Origin: an uncultured SAR86 cluster bacterium
GTDB taxonomy: Bacteria; Pseudomonadota; Gammaproteobacteria; Magnimaribacterales; AG-339-G14
Assembly (NCBI GenBank): GCA_902560275.1
Contig: CACELJ010000003.1
Location: 5,585-69,584, forward strand
Direction: 5' to 3'
DNA: 64,000 nt
Each line of letters starts with the position of its first letter. The stretch's first letter is position 1. Made by a program: the position numbers and the translations under genes. The notes under the pieces were generated by a model. That model was given only the letters and a program-made list of their open reading frames with translations. It made no database searches and was not told the DNA's origin. This document shows, piece after piece, positions 51,707 through 62,801 of the stretch.

Positions 51707-53251
51707 CTACCAAGTTTGCGTTGATTTAAATTTATCGAGAGCTTCTGTGAAGGTTGCAAGGATTTCATCAGAGTGTTCACCGCTCTCGGCTAAATTATCC
51801 ATGAAATCTTTGTGCTCCGAATTCATGTAAGAAATCAGTGCTGATTCAAAATCTGCAATTTTATTGAGCTCCACATCTTTTAAATAGCCTTTGTCTACGG
51901 CGAAAAGAACCAGCCCCATCTCTGAAACCGACATAGGTGAATATTGTTTTTGCTTCATCAATTCTGTTACCTTCTGACCAAGCTCAAGCTGCTCTCTAGA
52001 TGCATCATCCAAGTCCGATGCAAATTGTGCAAAAGCTTCCAGCTCTCTAAACTGAGCAAGAGCTATTCTCACTCCTCCACCTAATTTTTTAATCAACGGA
52101 GTTTGAGCGGCTCCACCCACCCTTGAAACAGAAATCCCTGGATTCATGGCTGGTAATAGACCCTTATTGAAGTAGGAGGTTTCAAGGAAGATCTGACCAT
52201 CAGTAATGGAAATAACATTCGTAGGAACGAAAGCTGAAACATCTCCAGCCTGAGTTTCAATAATTGGCAAAGCGGTTAAAGACCCTGTTTTGCCTTTAAC
52301 TTTGCCTTCGGTTTGCTCTTCAACATAATCTTCATTCACCCTACAGCCTCTTTCAAGAAGTCTTGAATGAAGGTAAAAAATATCACCCGGATAAGCTTCT
52401 CTTCCCGGCGGCCTTCTGAGTAGAAGCGATATCTGACGATAGGCTACAGCTTGCTTGGAAAGGTCGTCATAAATAATTAGAGCGTCCTCCCCTTTGTCTC
52501 TGAAATATTCACCCATAGAACACCCCGAGTAAGGTGCAAGAAACTGCATTGGAGCAGGATCTGCTGCTGCTGCTGCAACAATAATTGTATGCTCCATAGC
52601 TCCGTATTCTTCAAGTTTTCTCACCACTGCGGCAATAGATGATTGTTTTTGGCCAACGGCTACATACACACAAGTAACGCCAGTTCCTTTTTGATTAATA
52701 ATTGCATCTAAAGCGATTGCTGTTTTGCCTGTTTGTCGGTCACCAATAATAAGCTCTCTTTGCCCTCTTCCAATCGGCACCATGCTATCAACCGCTTTAA
52801 GTCCTATCTGCACAGGCTCGTCAACCGGCTTTCTTGTCATTACTCCGGGGGCAACTTTTTCTACCGGGGAAGTTAATTTAGTTTTGATTGGGCCTTTGCC
52901 ATCGATTGGATTTCCAAGGGCGTCAACCACTCTTCCAACTAGCTCCGGACCAACAGGAACCTCTAATATCTTACCTGTGCATTTGGCCACCCCACCTTCG
53001 GCAAGTTGTTTATAGTCTCCAAAAATCACCACGCCGACAGAGTCTCTTTCTAAGTTAAGTGCCATTCCAGAAACGCCACCTTCAAACTCAATAAGCTCTC
53101 CATACATTGCGTCGCTTAATCCATGCACCCTCGCGATGCCGTCTGAAAGAAATACGATCGTTCCCTCGTTGGATTCTGTGGTTGAGGTTTCTAAGGAATC
53201 AATTCTTCCCTTTATAATTTCACTTATTTCTGAGGGGTTTAAATTATCCAT
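51707..53251 (-). CDS. atpA: ATP synthase alpha
   Basis: [20 protein letters not shown]. Confidence 0.98.
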   Translation of the reverse strand: MDNLNPSEISEIIKGRIDSLETSTTESNEGTIVFLSDGIARVHGLSDAMYGELIEFEGGVSGMALNLERDSVGVVIFGDYKQLAEGGVAKCTGKILEVPVGPELVGRVVDALGNPIDGKGPIKTKLTSPVEKVAPGVMTRKPVDEPVQIGLKAVDSMVPIGRGQRELIIGDRQTGKTAIALDAIINQKGTGVTCVYVAVGQKQSSIAAVVRKLEEYGAMEHTIIVAAAAADPAPMQFLAPYSGCSMGEYFRDKGEDALIIYDDLSKQAVAYRQISLLLRRPPGREAYPGDIFYLHSRLLERGCRVNEDYVEEQTEGKVKGKTGSLTALPIIETQAGDVSAFVPTNVISITDGQIFLETSYFNKGLLPAMNPGISVSRVGGAAQTPLIKKLGGGVRIALAQFRELEAFAQFASDLDDASREQLELGQKVTELMKQKQYSPMSVSEMGLVLFAVDKGYLKDVELNKIADFESALISYMNSEHKDFMDNLAESGEHSDEILATFTEALDKFKSTQTW

Positions 53252-53262
53252 GGTTCTCCTTT

Positions 53263-53799
53263 TTAGTTTCTTAATTGTGTTTGAAGCAGGTCTAGTTTTC
53301 TTTTAATGGACATATCAAGGACCTGATCTTCATAGGCGACCTTTAGTCCGCCAATTAACGACTTGTCTATGTCAAAATCTACAACAACTTCAGAATTGAG
53401 TCTTTTTTCAAGGGCTGAGGTGATTTTTTTAATTTGTTTTTCTTCTAGCTGGAAAGGCGAAGAAACTGAAACGTTCTTTTTATTAAGGCTTTCAAGGGCC
53501 AGCTCGTTAAAAAACTTTATGATCTCAGGAAGATTTTTTAATCTCTTGTTGTCCCCGCAGACCTTAACGAAAGAGAATGCTTTGTCTGATATCTCGCCCT
53601 CAAAAAGATCCAAAAATATTTTTGTTTTATCTGAATAAGATAAGTCGGGGTTGAGCAACAAATTAGTTATTTTTTGATCAGCACAAACTGCTTTTATTTT
53701 TTGCAAATCCGATGACCACTCCTCAATAGAATTATCTTGCTTCGCAACACTAAAAGCTGCTTCTGCATAAGGTCTGGCTATAACCGATTGACTTGTCAT
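53263..53799 (-). CDS. atpH: ATP synthase delta
   Basis: [13 protein letters not shown], operon position. Confidence 0.95.
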   Translation of the reverse strand: MTSQSVIARPYAEAAFSVAKQDNSIEEWSSDLQKIKAVCADQKITNLLLNPDLSYSDKTKIFLDLFEGEISDKAFSFVKVCGDNKRLKNLPEIIKFFNELALESLNKKNVSVSSPFQLEEKQIKKITSALEKRLNSEVVVDFDIDKSLIGGLKVAYEDQVLDMSIKRKLDLLQTQLRN

Positions 53800-54266
53800 A
53801 ATTCTTTAATAAGTTGATCAACTATTTCTTTGTTAGCGCTTTCATCAATCTCTTTGTTTAAAATTTTTGAAGCCCCTGCAACGACCAAAACTGATAACTC
53901 TTCCTTGAGCGTTTCTTTGGCTTTATTGGTGCTTTGTGCAATATCAGACTCAGCAGTTTCTTTAATTTTTTTTGCTTCCTCAGTAGCCTGCTCTTTTGCT
54001 TCATCTATTAATTGATCAGCCCTTGAGCCAGCTTGATTGATTAGAGTTGAAGCCTCAGATTTTGCCGCATCTATAACTCTGCTAGATTCCTCTTTGGCTT
54101 CCTCTAGCTGCCTTTTAGATTCGCTTGCGGCTTGAAGGCCCTCATCTATTTCCTTTCTTCTTTCTTCAAGAACACTTGCCATGCTTGGCCATATGTATCT
54201 GTAAGTGATAAATACAAATATGCAAAAAGCTATGAGTTCTGCAAAAAAAGTAGCGTTTATATTCAT
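53796..54266 (-). CDS. atpF: ATP synthase b
   Basis: MNINAT, TM, WP, coiled coil. Confidence 0.95.
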   Translation of the reverse strand: MNINATFFAELIAFCIFVFITYRYIWPSMASVLEERRKEIDEGLQAASESKRQLEEAKEESSRVIDAAKSEASTLINQAGSRADQLIDEAKEQATEEAKKIKETAESDIAQSTNKAKETLKEELSVLVVAGASKILNKEIDESANKEIVDQLIKEL

Positions 54267-54269
54267 GCT

Positions 54270-54491
54270 TTAAGTGAATAAGAACAATAGCCCTACCGCC
54301 AAAGAAATGATTGGCAGCGCATCTGTTAGTCCTAGAGCAATCAACACTTGAGCAAAAAGCTGTCCTTGAAGCTCTGGTTGTCTTGCGACTGCCTCTATGT
54401 ACTTAGAGGTAAGAGTTCCAATTCCGACCCCTCCTCCCAAGGCGCCCAAACCAGTAAGCAAGGCTCCTGCTACTAATCTTAATTCTTCCAT
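54270..54491 (-). CDS. atpE: ATP synthase c (H+-type, Asp carboxylate)
   Basis: GxGxG, ARQPE, TDA. Confidence 0.95.
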   Translation of the reverse strand: MEELRLVAGALLTGLGALGGGVGIGTLTSKYIEAVARQPELQGQLFAQVLIALGLTDALPIISLAVGLLFLFT

Positions 54492-54512
54492 ATCCGTCTC
54501 CTAAAATTGTGG

Positions 54513-55394
54513 CTAGTGTTTTGTACTAGCCAAGTTTAAATAAGCAATTGTAAGCATCATGAAGATATACGCCTGCAACGCGACAATTAAAATGTGAAAT
54601 AGTGCCCAAGCTAGATTCATGATCAAGCCAGGCAAAAACCAAAGTGTTTGAGAAAATGACATAAAGAACTGCCCAAACATAATGGCAATCAAAATGAAAA
54701 TCATCTCGCCAGCAAACAAGTTGCCGTAAAGCCTCAGCGCTAAAGCGACATGCTTAGACACAAAGCTAATAAATTCTAGTGGCCCCAAAGGAACAATAAA
54801 CAGTTCTTTTAGAAAACCACCCAAGCCATGGGTGTTTATGCTGAAATAGGTTACAAGCACCATTACGACTGCGGCCAAAGCTAAAGGTGCATTCAAATCA
54901 GCGGTAGGCAATATCTTAAAGTAGTTTATTCCGCTTCCAGCCTGCCCAAAAAAATTAGCCATTTCCACAGGCAGCAAGTCCATTAAATTCCACGACAAGA
55001 TCCATAAACAGCTTGCAAATGCAAGCGGGGCTACTATTTTTGAAGTTCCGTGGTACCCAGAAGACACCGCGCTACCGATAAATTCGTGAACAAATTCAAC
55101 AAAGTTTTGCAGCTTGCCTGGCGTTCCTTTTTTAGCAGATCTATTAATTAGCCCAAAGAAACCAAAGACCAAAACACCCAAGAAAACCGACATAAATATT
55201 GTGTCCATGTGAAAGGCCCAAAAACCCATCTCGGATACATCACAGGCCGAGTCTAAGCTTTTTGAAAGGTCTTGTTGGTGATGAGCAAAGCCCCAGGAAG
55301 ATGTTTTTTCACACCAGCCAAATGTTAAATTTACAAGGTGATGACCTATGTAATCAGAGGTCTCGACTAGATTATTTGCTGCTTCTTTAGCCAT
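54513..55394 (-). CDS. atpB: ATP synthase a
   Basis: YIGHHL, NLMDLLP, PTADLN, LRLYGN, LQAYIF. Confidence 0.96.
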   Translation of the reverse strand: MAKEAANNLVETSDYIGHHLVNLTFGWCEKTSSWGFAHHQQDLSKSLDSACDVSEMGFWAFHMDTIFMSVFLGVLVFGFFGLINRSAKKGTPGKLQNFVEFVHEFIGSAVSSGYHGTSKIVAPLAFASCLWILSWNLMDLLPVEMANFFGQAGSGINYFKILPTADLNAPLALAAVVMVLVTYFSINTHGLGGFLKELFIVPLGPLEFISFVSKHVALALRLYGNLFAGEMIFILIAIMFGQFFMSFSQTLWFLPGLIMNLAWALFHILIVALQAYIFMMLTIAYLNLASTKH

Positions 55395-55411
55395 GTCTTT
55401 TAAGGCATTGC

Positions 55412-55441
55412 ATTATAGTTGTCTGGAGCTTAAAAACTCAA
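55412..55441 (-). promoter_or_regulatory. Sigma70-like promoter of atp operon
   Basis: Minus strand TTGAGT-N18-TATAAT, 17 nt upstream of atpB ATG. Confidence 0.6.
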
Positions 55442-55475
55442 GGCTATTAAAGCTTTTTTTTCGTTATAAGGGCGT

Positions 55476-56333
55476 CTAATTTTTCTTGCGGAAAGGACCA
55501 ATTATCTTGTCTAGCTGATCGAGATCTCTGTAACTAAAAATTATTTTGCCTGATCCGTTTTTTTTATGTTGAATTGATACTGATGAGGATAGCTCGTTGC
55601 TGATCTCTTCCTCTAGGGCGCTTATGTTCGCATCCTTTCTTTTTGGGGTTTTCGTCTTACCAGAACCTGACAAATAATCTTGCGCAGCCTTTTCTGTTTG
55701 CCTGACAGACCAGCCGTTTTTGGCTGCCTGTTTTGCGAAGGAGGCTTGCGGGCCTTCTGGCAATGTCAACAATGCTCGAGCGTGGCCCATATCAATGCTT
55801 GAGCTTTCCAATAAGTTTTGGGCTTCTTTGCATAAATTGTTTAGCCTTAAAATGTTTGCTACTCCCGACCTGGATTTCCCAACAGCCGATGCTACGTCTT
55901 GCTGACTAATATTAAATTCCTTTTGGAGCCTTAAAAGACCTCTTGCTTCTTCCATTGGATTCAAGTCCTCTCTCTGCAAATTCTCAATTAAACCCATCCT
56001 GATGATTTGATCTTCTGATGCATCTTTAAAAATGGCTGGAATGGTGGTTAGGCCGGCTTGCTTGGATGCCCTCCATCTTCTTTCTCCGGCAATGAGTTCG
56101 TAAGCGTCTCCTCCCACTCTTCGAACTATTATTGGCTGAATGACTCCCTGTGAGGAAATTGATTCTGTTAATTCTTCAAGAGACTCTTGGTTAATGTTTT
56201 CTCTCGCCTGATATCTGCTGGGGCTAATTTTATCTATAGCTATTTCTTGGCTTTGTGCTTGCTGGGAAGAAATGGGCTCGTCGCCCAACAAAGCGTCCAG
56301 GCCTCTCTTTAAAGTTTTTCTGTCTTCGCTCAT
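55476..56333 (-). CDS. parB: Chromosome partitioning protein ParB
   Basis: LKRGLDALL, IAGERRWRA, ENLQREDL. Confidence 0.95.
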   Translation of the reverse strand: MSEDRKTLKRGLDALLGDEPISSQQAQSQEIAIDKISPSRYQARENINQESLEELTESISSQGVIQPIIVRRVGGDAYELIAGERRWRASKQAGLTTIPAIFKDASEDQIIRMGLIENLQREDLNPMEEARGLLRLQKEFNISQQDVASAVGKSRSGVANILRLNNLCKEAQNLLESSSIDMGHARALLTLPEGPQASFAKQAAKNGWSVRQTEKAAQDYLSGSGKTKTPKRKDANISALEEEISNELSSSVSIQHKKNGSGKIIFSYRDLDQLDKIIGPFRKKN

Positions 56334-57109
56334 GCAACCATTGAATCTTTCTCAAACTTTGAAATAACTTCTCCGGCAAGCGCAAGATAAGCTACCGTTC
56401 CCTTAGCTTTCGGATCATAAAAGAGACCCGGCTTGCCAGAGCTGGGGGCTTCTGCCAGCTTTACATTTCTTGGGATGACGGTTGAGCAAAGCTCGTTAGG
56501 GAAGTATTTTTGCAGTTCTTCTGAGACCTCTCTTGTTAACCTGGCTCTAGGGTCGAACATCGTTCTTAAAATGGCGCTGATTTGTATGTTTTCCCCGGTC
56601 TTGCTGTTTATGTCATTAATGGCCTTGTTCAGAGATACAAGCCCTTCCATTGCATAGTATTCACACTGCATGGGAATGATTAGTTTAGAGCTAGCTCTAA
56701 GCGCGTTCAAAGTAAGAATACCCAATGACGGAGGACAATCTATTATCACGTAATCGTAACTGCCATCGAGAGACCTCAATGCATTTTTAAGCTGCAGCGA
56801 CGCAGCGGGAACCGTGGTCATTTCAATATCGGCTGAGATCAGGTCCTGACATGAAGGCACCAAGTCAAAACCAAAATCTGTACAGGGTAGTATTGTTTCT
56901 TTAATGTTTGCGCCTCTGGCCAAAACATCCATTATGGTAAGTTTATCTTCTGCTTTTTCGTGGCCTGATCCGGTGGTAGCGTTAGCCTGGGAGTCAATAT
57001 CTATAAGGAGGACTTTTCTTTTTGTGGCTGCAAGTGAGGCAGCCAAGTTTACTGCTGTGGTGGTTTTTCCTACCCCGCCTTTTTGGTTAGCTACAACTAA
57101 AGTTATCAA
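56330..57109 (-). CDS. parA: Chromosome partitioning ATPase ParA
   Basis: NQKGGVGKTT, IDCPP, QCEYYAMEG. Confidence 0.95.
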   Translation of the reverse strand: MITLVVANQKGGVGKTTTAVNLAASLAATKRKVLLIDIDSQANATTGSGHEKAEDKLTIMDVLARGANIKETILPCTDFGFDLVPSCQDLISADIEMTTVPAASLQLKNALRSLDGSYDYVIIDCPPSLGILTLNALRASSKLIIPMQCEYYAMEGLVSLNKAINDINSKTGENIQISAILRTMFDPRARLTREVSEELQKYFPNELCSTVIPRNVKLAEAPSSGKPGLFYDPKAKGTVAYLALAGEVISKFEKDSMVA

Positions 57110-57729
57110 GTTTGTATACTATCATTTTTTGGTGGGTTAAATTCTAAGAAGCCTGTTTTTTTTCCTAAAATTTTAGATGCTGCAGAAGGAATGTACTTCC
57201 AGTCATTTTTATCTTCGCGCATGGCTTGCTGCTCTGAAACCATGAGCAAAATTTTTTGATCTCCGCTCATTTTCCTGAATGCCAGGTTTTGGATTTTTTT
57301 GGGCTCTGCAAATGCCCTGGAAATTAGAACATCCTCTTTGATGAGTTTTAGATGCTCAAGCCTTGTTTGCAAGACCTTTGTATTTTGAATGCCAAAATGT
57401 GCAAGACAGTGTCTCAAGAAGGATGCTTTTTTGTTGGCTGGCTCAAGCAAAGAGCCAACTTCGTTTCCTAGAATAGAAATCACGAGCCCCGGAAATCCCG
57501 CTCCGCTTCCGACATCAATGTAAGAACTATTTTGTATTAAGGGATATAAATGCACAGAGTCAATAATGTGATGATATATGTTTTCTAGGGTGGAATTTTT
57601 CGAAACAAGATTTGTTGTCTTGTTCCAGTCAAAAATCTTGAGAGCGAACTCTTTTAGCTCCCTTTCTTTTTCTGGTTTTGAGATTTCTTCCAGCGAAGTC
57701 TTAAGACTCTCGGATGCTTTCTCGTGCAT
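57106..57729 (-). CDS. rsmG: 16S rRNA m7G527 methyltransferase
   Basis: WNKTTNL, HIIDS, DVGSGAGFPG, SRAF; follows mnmG. Confidence 0.93.
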   Translation of the reverse strand: MHEKASESLKTSLEEISKPEKERELKEFALKIFDWNKTTNLVSKNSTLENIYHHIIDSVHLYPLIQNSSYIDVGSGAGFPGLVISILGNEVGSLLEPANKKASFLRHCLAHFGIQNTKVLQTRLEHLKLIKEDVLISRAFAEPKKIQNLAFRKMSGDQKILLMVSEQQAMREDKNDWKYIPSAASKILGKKTGFLEFNPPKNDSIQT

Positions 57730-59593
57730 TTTTATCTGCAGTTTCTTTTTCGTTTCTTTTCAGGTAAATCATTAGCGCCGAGATTGCTGCTGGCGTGATT
57801 CCGGGAATTCTCCAGGCTTGTGCCAATGTTTTAGGTTCAACTTTAGAGAGTTTTTGAGTAATTTCTGCTGACAGGCCTTTAACTTTTGAGTAGTCAAAAT
57901 TCGAAGGTATGTGAGCATTTCTGTTTTTCTTCATTTTTTCTATTTCGTCCATCTGTCTTTTGATGTATCCCGAATATCTTTGGTTCGTTTCGATGTCAAA
58001 AATAATATCGTTTTCTGGGATCTCGATAGAAAATGCCTTGGCTAAATCATGAAAATCTAAGTCCGGCCTCTTCAACAAGTCTAAAAAACAGGTGGCCGAC
58101 TTTGGCTCTTTAATATTTAAGGCGCTATATATTTTTTCGTCTTCGGGCCTGAGAAATAACTTTGCTAGTTTGTCTTTCTCCTTAATTATTTTATTTTTCT
58201 TTTCAGAAAATATTTTATATCTGCTCTCGGACACCAGGCCGGCCTTGTAAGCTTTTTCTGTGATTCTTTGGTCGGCATTATCCTCTCTTAAAATTAATCT
58301 ATGTTCAGATCTGCTGGTGAACATTCTGTATGGTTCCTTCGTTCCAAGAGTTACAAGATCGTCGATTAAAACCCCCAGATAAGATTCTTCTCGACCCGGC
58401 GTCCAAGGATCTTTTCCTAAAAAAGACAGGGCGGCGTTTGCACCGGCTACAAGCCCTTGGGCTGCAGCTTCCTCATACCCTGTTGTGCCATTGATTTGAC
58501 CTGCAAAGTAAAGGTTTTTTACTTTTCTCGTTTCCAGCGTTTCATGCAGCTCTCTGGGATCAAAAAAATCATATTCGACCGCATATCCATATTGAGTTAT
58601 TTGAGCGCTTTCAAACCCTTCGATTGATCTAACAAATTTTTCCTGGCAGTCCTTCGGCAAGCTTGTCGAAATTCCGTTTGGATATACTAAGTCAGAATTT
58701 AATCCTTCCGGCTCTATGAATATTTGGTGGGAATTTTTATCTTTAAATCTGAATATTTTGTCTTCGATGGATGGACAGTACCTTGGCCCAGCTCCTTCTA
58801 TCTTTCCTGAGAACATTGGAGATCTATCAAGGTCCCCTATTATGATTTCGTGAGTTTTTTCGTTTGTTCTGGTTATAAAGCAAGGCACTTGCTTGGGGTG
58901 AATGCTTTGATCGCTTAAAAAAGAAATCGTGGGTCTGGGGACGTCACCTTTCTGCTCTTCTAAAATTTCCCAATTTATAGAGTCTTTATGAATTCTTGGA
59001 GGAGTTCCTGTTTTTAATCTGCCAACTGAAAAATCAATATTTCTTAATTTTTCTGCTAATTTTTTTGAGGAGTTGTCTCCAACCCTCCCCCCTTCGTTGT
59101 TGTCCATTCCGGTAAAAAGCTTTCCATTAAGAAAGGTCCCTGTTGTCAAAATTACTTTTTGAGCCTTTAAAGTTTTACCTTCGCCGACAGTAACCGAAAC
59201 GATTTGATTGTTTTGTATGTCAAAGTCAGTAACCTCGCCTTCTACAATCTCGAGATTTTCCAGGTTCTTCAGTTCTTTTTGAACAGATTTTTTGTATAAC
59301 TCCCTATCTGCCTGTGCGCGCGTAGCTCTGACGGCTGGTCCTTTCGAAGAATTCAAAACTTTTAGATGTATGGCAGCCCTGTCGGCGCACCTTGCCATTA
59401 TTCCGTCAGCTGCATCTATCTCTTTTACAAGGTGACTTTTTCCTACTCCGCCAATAGCGGGATTGCATGACATTTGACCAATGGTTTCAAACTTATGAGT
59501 AACCAAGATGGTTTTAACTCCGATTCTAGCCGCAGCCGCAGCTGCCTCACACCCTGCATGGCCGCCACCTATAACTATTATGTCCGCCTTCAT
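57701..59593 (-). CDS. mnmG: tRNA uridine modification enzyme MnmG (GidA)
   Basis: GGGHAG, MSCNPAIGG, GPRYCPSIEDK, GQINGTTGYEEA. Confidence 0.98.
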   Translation of the reverse strand: MKADIIVIGGGHAGCEAAAAAARIGVKTILVTHKFETIGQMSCNPAIGGVGKSHLVKEIDAADGIMARCADRAAIHLKVLNSSKGPAVRATRAQADRELYKKSVQKELKNLENLEIVEGEVTDFDIQNNQIVSVTVGEGKTLKAQKVILTTGTFLNGKLFTGMDNNEGGRVGDNSSKKLAEKLRNIDFSVGRLKTGTPPRIHKDSINWEILEEQKGDVPRPTISFLSDQSIHPKQVPCFITRTNEKTHEIIIGDLDRSPMFSGKIEGAGPRYCPSIEDKIFRFKDKNSHQIFIEPEGLNSDLVYPNGISTSLPKDCQEKFVRSIEGFESAQITQYGYAVEYDFFDPRELHETLETRKVKNLYFAGQINGTTGYEEAAAQGLVAGANAALSFLGKDPWTPGREESYLGVLIDDLVTLGTKEPYRMFTSRSEHRLILREDNADQRITEKAYKAGLVSESRYKIFSEKKNKIIKEKDKLAKLFLRPEDEKIYSALNIKEPKSATCFLDLLKRPDLDFHDLAKAFSIEIPENDIIFDIETNQRYSGYIKRQMDEIEKMKKNRNAHIPSNFDYSKVKGLSAEITQKLSKVEPKTLAQAWRIPGITPAAISALMIYLKRNEKETADKNARESIRES

Positions 59594-59860
59594 TAAAAAT
59601 ATTATATATATGTATTTATATATTAGAGAGTATATGTTTATTGTTGTTAGCCCTGTTGATAAGTGGAAAAAAGTCTATGACGTAAGAAAAACAAGGAAGT
59701 TAAGAGGGGTCAGCCTTGTTACTAAGCTTGTTTATAAGCTGTGTTTTGAATCTTTTAAGGTGTTGAGAAAATAACCATAAATAGTTACTCACAGCTTTTT
59801 AAAAAGATTTTAACACAACAAAAAACACATTAATCACATGATATAAATTATAGTTAGCGC
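59594..59860. other. Probable replication origin oriC
   Basis: AT-rich tract, trinucleotide run TTATTGTTGTTA, GCCC spacer, tandem near-consensus DnaA boxes (59654-62, 59662-70) and further boxes (59729, 59785, 59809, 59830); position next to mnmG as in E. coli/Vibrio. Confidence 0.75.
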
Positions 59861-61153
59861 TCACTTACCTATACAAAAAGCGGAAAATATTTCCCCCAAA
59901 AAGTCATCGGCGCTCATGGGAGACTTAATGTCTCCTAACAAGATATCTGCCAACTTAAGGTGCTCTGCAGCTACATCAACGTTTTTCATATCAATTGGGC
60001 TCGGACAAGAGTCTATTTCCAAAAATGCTTTTTTAACCAAGTTTCGATGCCTTTCTCTAGCTGAAAATAAAGCATCAGTTACATCGCCCGAAAGGAGCTC
60101 GTAAATTTTTTCTTCAAGAGCACCGATGTTTCTTTTTTTAAGAGCAGAAACAACAACTCCGTCAAACCCTTTGGGCGGTCCAGATATGTCAGACTTATTA
60201 AAGACTTTTAAGATATTTTCGTCTTTTTTTAGGCTAAAATCCCTGTTTTCCGAATCAACAACCTCCAAGATCAGGTCTGCACCCTCTATTAACGACCTAG
60301 ATTTATCTATTCCAAGCTTTTCTATTTCATCCTTCGTTTCTTCGTTAATTCCCGCTGTATCATAAATATCTACTTGCAGGTCTTTAATTTGGATTTTTTT
60401 ATAAATTGGGTCTCTGGTAGTTCCTTTAATTTCAGCCACAATCGAGGCTTCTTCTCCAGAAAGAATGTTCATAATGCTAGACTTACCCACGTTTGGAGGC
60501 CCAGCGACGACAACCCTATGTTCAGACATTATCCTTATTCCTTCCTCTATTCTTGCATCAAAATCCTCTAAAAGACATCTAAAATCATTGAAAAGACTAT
60601 TAATTTGCATAAAATCTATGTTTGTATCTTGGTCAGAAAAATCAATTGAAGACTCTACAAGTATTCTTATTTTTCTCAGATTTTCCAAGATTTTGTCTAC
60701 ACTTTCGCCGAAATTGCCAGAAACTGACTTTGATGCTGCCACCATTGCAGCGCCAGAGCTAGCATTTATGAGGTCGATAACGGCTTCAGACTGCGCAAGG
60801 TCAATCTTGTTGTTAAGAAAGGCTCTTTGGGTAAATTCGCCTGGCTTTGCGTCTCTGGCACCCAACTCAATGCATTTCTGAATCAAAGCCCTAACAATCA
60901 AAGGGTTTCCGTGACACGATATTTCAGCCACATCTTCCCCAGTATATGATGCAGGGCCTTCAAAACAAGATATAAGACACTTTTCAATAAACCCCTCTGA
61001 AAGGCTTGTTTCGGCTACTTTTGATGTTCCATGGTCAAATTTTTGTGAAAATAGGCCATAAATGATGCTTTTCACCTCTTTTCCGCTAATTCTTACAATT
61101 GATATAGCCCCTCTTCCTGGAGGAGTAGAACAAGCGACAATTGCCTGCTCCAT
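59861..61153 (-). CDS. mnmE: tRNA modification GTPase MnmE (start corrected to MEQAIVAC)
   Basis: STPPGRGAI, SYTGED, GPPNVGKSS, GTTRD, DTAG, NKSD, FCIGK. Confidence 0.96.
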   Translation of the reverse strand: MEQAIVACSTPPGRGAISIVRISGKEVKSIIYGLFSQKFDHGTSKVAETSLSEGFIEKCLISCFEGPASYTGEDVAEISCHGNPLIVRALIQKCIELGARDAKPGEFTQRAFLNNKIDLAQSEAVIDLINASSGAAMVAASKSVSGNFGESVDKILENLRKIRILVESSIDFSDQDTNIDFMQINSLFNDFRCLLEDFDARIEEGIRIMSEHRVVVAGPPNVGKSSIMNILSGEEASIVAEIKGTTRDPIYKKIQIKDLQVDIYDTAGINEETKDEIEKLGIDKSRSLIEGADLILEVVDSENRDFSLKKDENILKVFNKSDISGPPKGFDGVVVSALKKRNIGALEEKIYELLSGDVTDALFSARERHRNLVKKAFLEIDSCPSPIDMKNVDVAAEHLKLADILLGDIKSPMSADDFLGEIFSAFCIGK

Positions 61154-61160
61154 TATTTTC

Positions 61161-62801
61161 TTAGAATCTTTCCCTGGGAGAATGCATAAGCATTTGTAGG
61201 GCAGAAACAAGTGAGTTAACCAACCAATAAAGCACCAGCCCCGCCGGAAAGAAAGCAAATAGCACTCCAAATATGATAGGCATAAATTTAAAAATTCTTG
61301 CCTGCATTGGATCTACACCCGCCGGTTGAGGCTGCAAAAGCTGCATTAGATACATTGCCCCCATGTTTAACAAAGGCAATATAAACAATGGGTCCCTTAC
61401 AGATAAATCAACAATCCAAAACATGAATGGCGCATGTCTGAGCTCAACCGTCTCAATTAGAACCCAATAAAAAGCAAGGAAAAAAGGCATTTGTAGCAGC
61501 ATTGGAAGGCATCCCAGCGCAGGATTCACCTTTTCTTTTGAATAAAGAGCCATCATCTCCCTAGACATAGCTTGCCTATCGTCCCCATACCTCTCTTGAA
61601 GCTCCTTGAGTTTAGGCTGAAGTTGCCTCATTTTCCCCATATTCTTGTATGCAACATAGGACAGAGGCCATAAGAAAATCTTTATGAGGACTGTTACCAG
61701 CACAATAGACCATCCCCAGCTGTTAATTGCTTGATTAATAAGGTTCATTACCCAAAAAATAGGCTGACCAATCCAATAAAGAAAGCCGTAATCTATGGCC
61801 AAACCTAGCTTTGGATGCATTAAGTCTAAATTTCCCTTAATTTTTGGACCAGAATAGACTGCATACTCGTTTTTTATTGAGGCGCCTGGAGCAACCTTTT
61901 TGGTTTCTTCAACAAATCCTACAGAAAAAGAGCCATCATTTTTATTTTTCTTACCTTGAAGCAGGCTGTTGGACGACTGATTGGGTAGTAGGGAAGTTAA
62001 AAAATAATGTTGAATCATTGAAATCCAACCCCCGCTGGTTGATGTTCTAAATTCTACTTCTTCGATTTCTGAGAAAGATCTTTTGTCATAGTTATCACCA
62101 TCATAAGAAAACGCAGGACCCAAATATGCCCAAGAAGAAGGTTGGGTAAATATGCCCCCAGAACCAGAAATAGTTTTCTCGGATGAGCGGTTTATTTTTG
62201 CATATGGCGCGACTGAAACTTCTACGACTTCTCCATTAAAAAATTCTTCATCAAAATTAATTCTGAAGTTTTCCCCCAAGCTAATTTTCTTAGAATGAGT
62301 GGAGCCATTTGGAAGTCTTCTTATAATCTCAACTGAATCTTTTGATTTAGACAATACAGAAAAATAATTTCCTTCTGGCGCGTTAGACACTCCTGAAACA
62401 ACAAAACCACCATCTAAAAAATAGTTCTCTTTACCACACTTGTTGAAAAGTAAAGTATTAGCCTGGCCATTAATTTCCAAAGGATAATTCAATAATTCTG
62501 ATTTTATAATCTGTCCGTTGGACAGGCTTATTTCAAGCTTCTGATTTTCATTAGAGACTTCGACTGTTTCTTCGGCGCCACATATCAAAGAGGTGATATT
62601 GCTTGACTCAGCAAAAGAACTTGACTCATCCACAAAAGAATCAGGCTCAGGGGTTGGATTAGTTGGTAAGTACTCACTATCGTTTAAGGTATTATCAGAA
62701 GTTGATTCTTCCTGAGCGGGCGGATTCCAATTGATAAGCAATAAATAACTAAAAATGAAGATTGAAAATACTAAAAAGTATCTTTGAAAATTATCAATCA
62801 T
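61161..62801 (-). CDS. yidC: Membrane protein insertase YidC (likely start MIDNFQRY)
   Basis: IDYG, WGWSIV, NPALGCLPMLLQMP, ELRHAPF, FPAGLVLYW. Confidence 0.96.
   Translation of the reverse strand: MIDNFQRYFLVFSIFIFSYLLLINWNPPAQEESTSDNTLNDSEYLPTNPTPEPDSFVDESSSFAESSNITSLICGAEETVEVSNENQKLEISLSNGQIIKSELLNYPLEINGQANTLLFNKCGKENYFLDGGFVVSGVSNAPEGNYFSVLSKSKDSVEIIRRLPNGSTHSKKISLGENFRINFDEEFFNGEVVEVSVAPYAKINRSSEKTISGSGGIFTQPSSWAYLGPAFSYDGDNYDKRSFSEIEEVEFRTSTSGGWISMIQHYFLTSLLPNQSSNSLLQGKKNKNDGSFSVGFVEETKKVAPGASIKNEYAVYSGPKIKGNLDLMHPKLGLAIDYGFLYWIGQPIFWVMNLINQAINSWGWSIVLVTVLIKIFLWPLSYVAYKNMGKMRQLQPKLKELQERYGDDRQAMSREMMALYSKEKVNPALGCLPMLLQMPFFLAFYWVLIETVELRHAPFMFWIVDLSVRDPLFILPLLNMGAMYLMQLLQPQPAGVDPMQARIFKFMPIIFGVLFAFFPAGLVLYWLVNSLVSALQMLMHSPRERF

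Noticed and set aside
54270-54491. Na+-translocating ATP synthase
   Set aside because: c subunit has Asp (TDA) and lacks the Q...ES/T Na+ signature
59508-59774. 88-aa ORF across the origin
   Set aside because: Antisense to mnmG and spans DnaA boxes; spurious
61154-61270. N-terminal extension of mnmE in the ORF track
   Set aside because: Overlaps yidC; MnmE homology starts at ATG 61153
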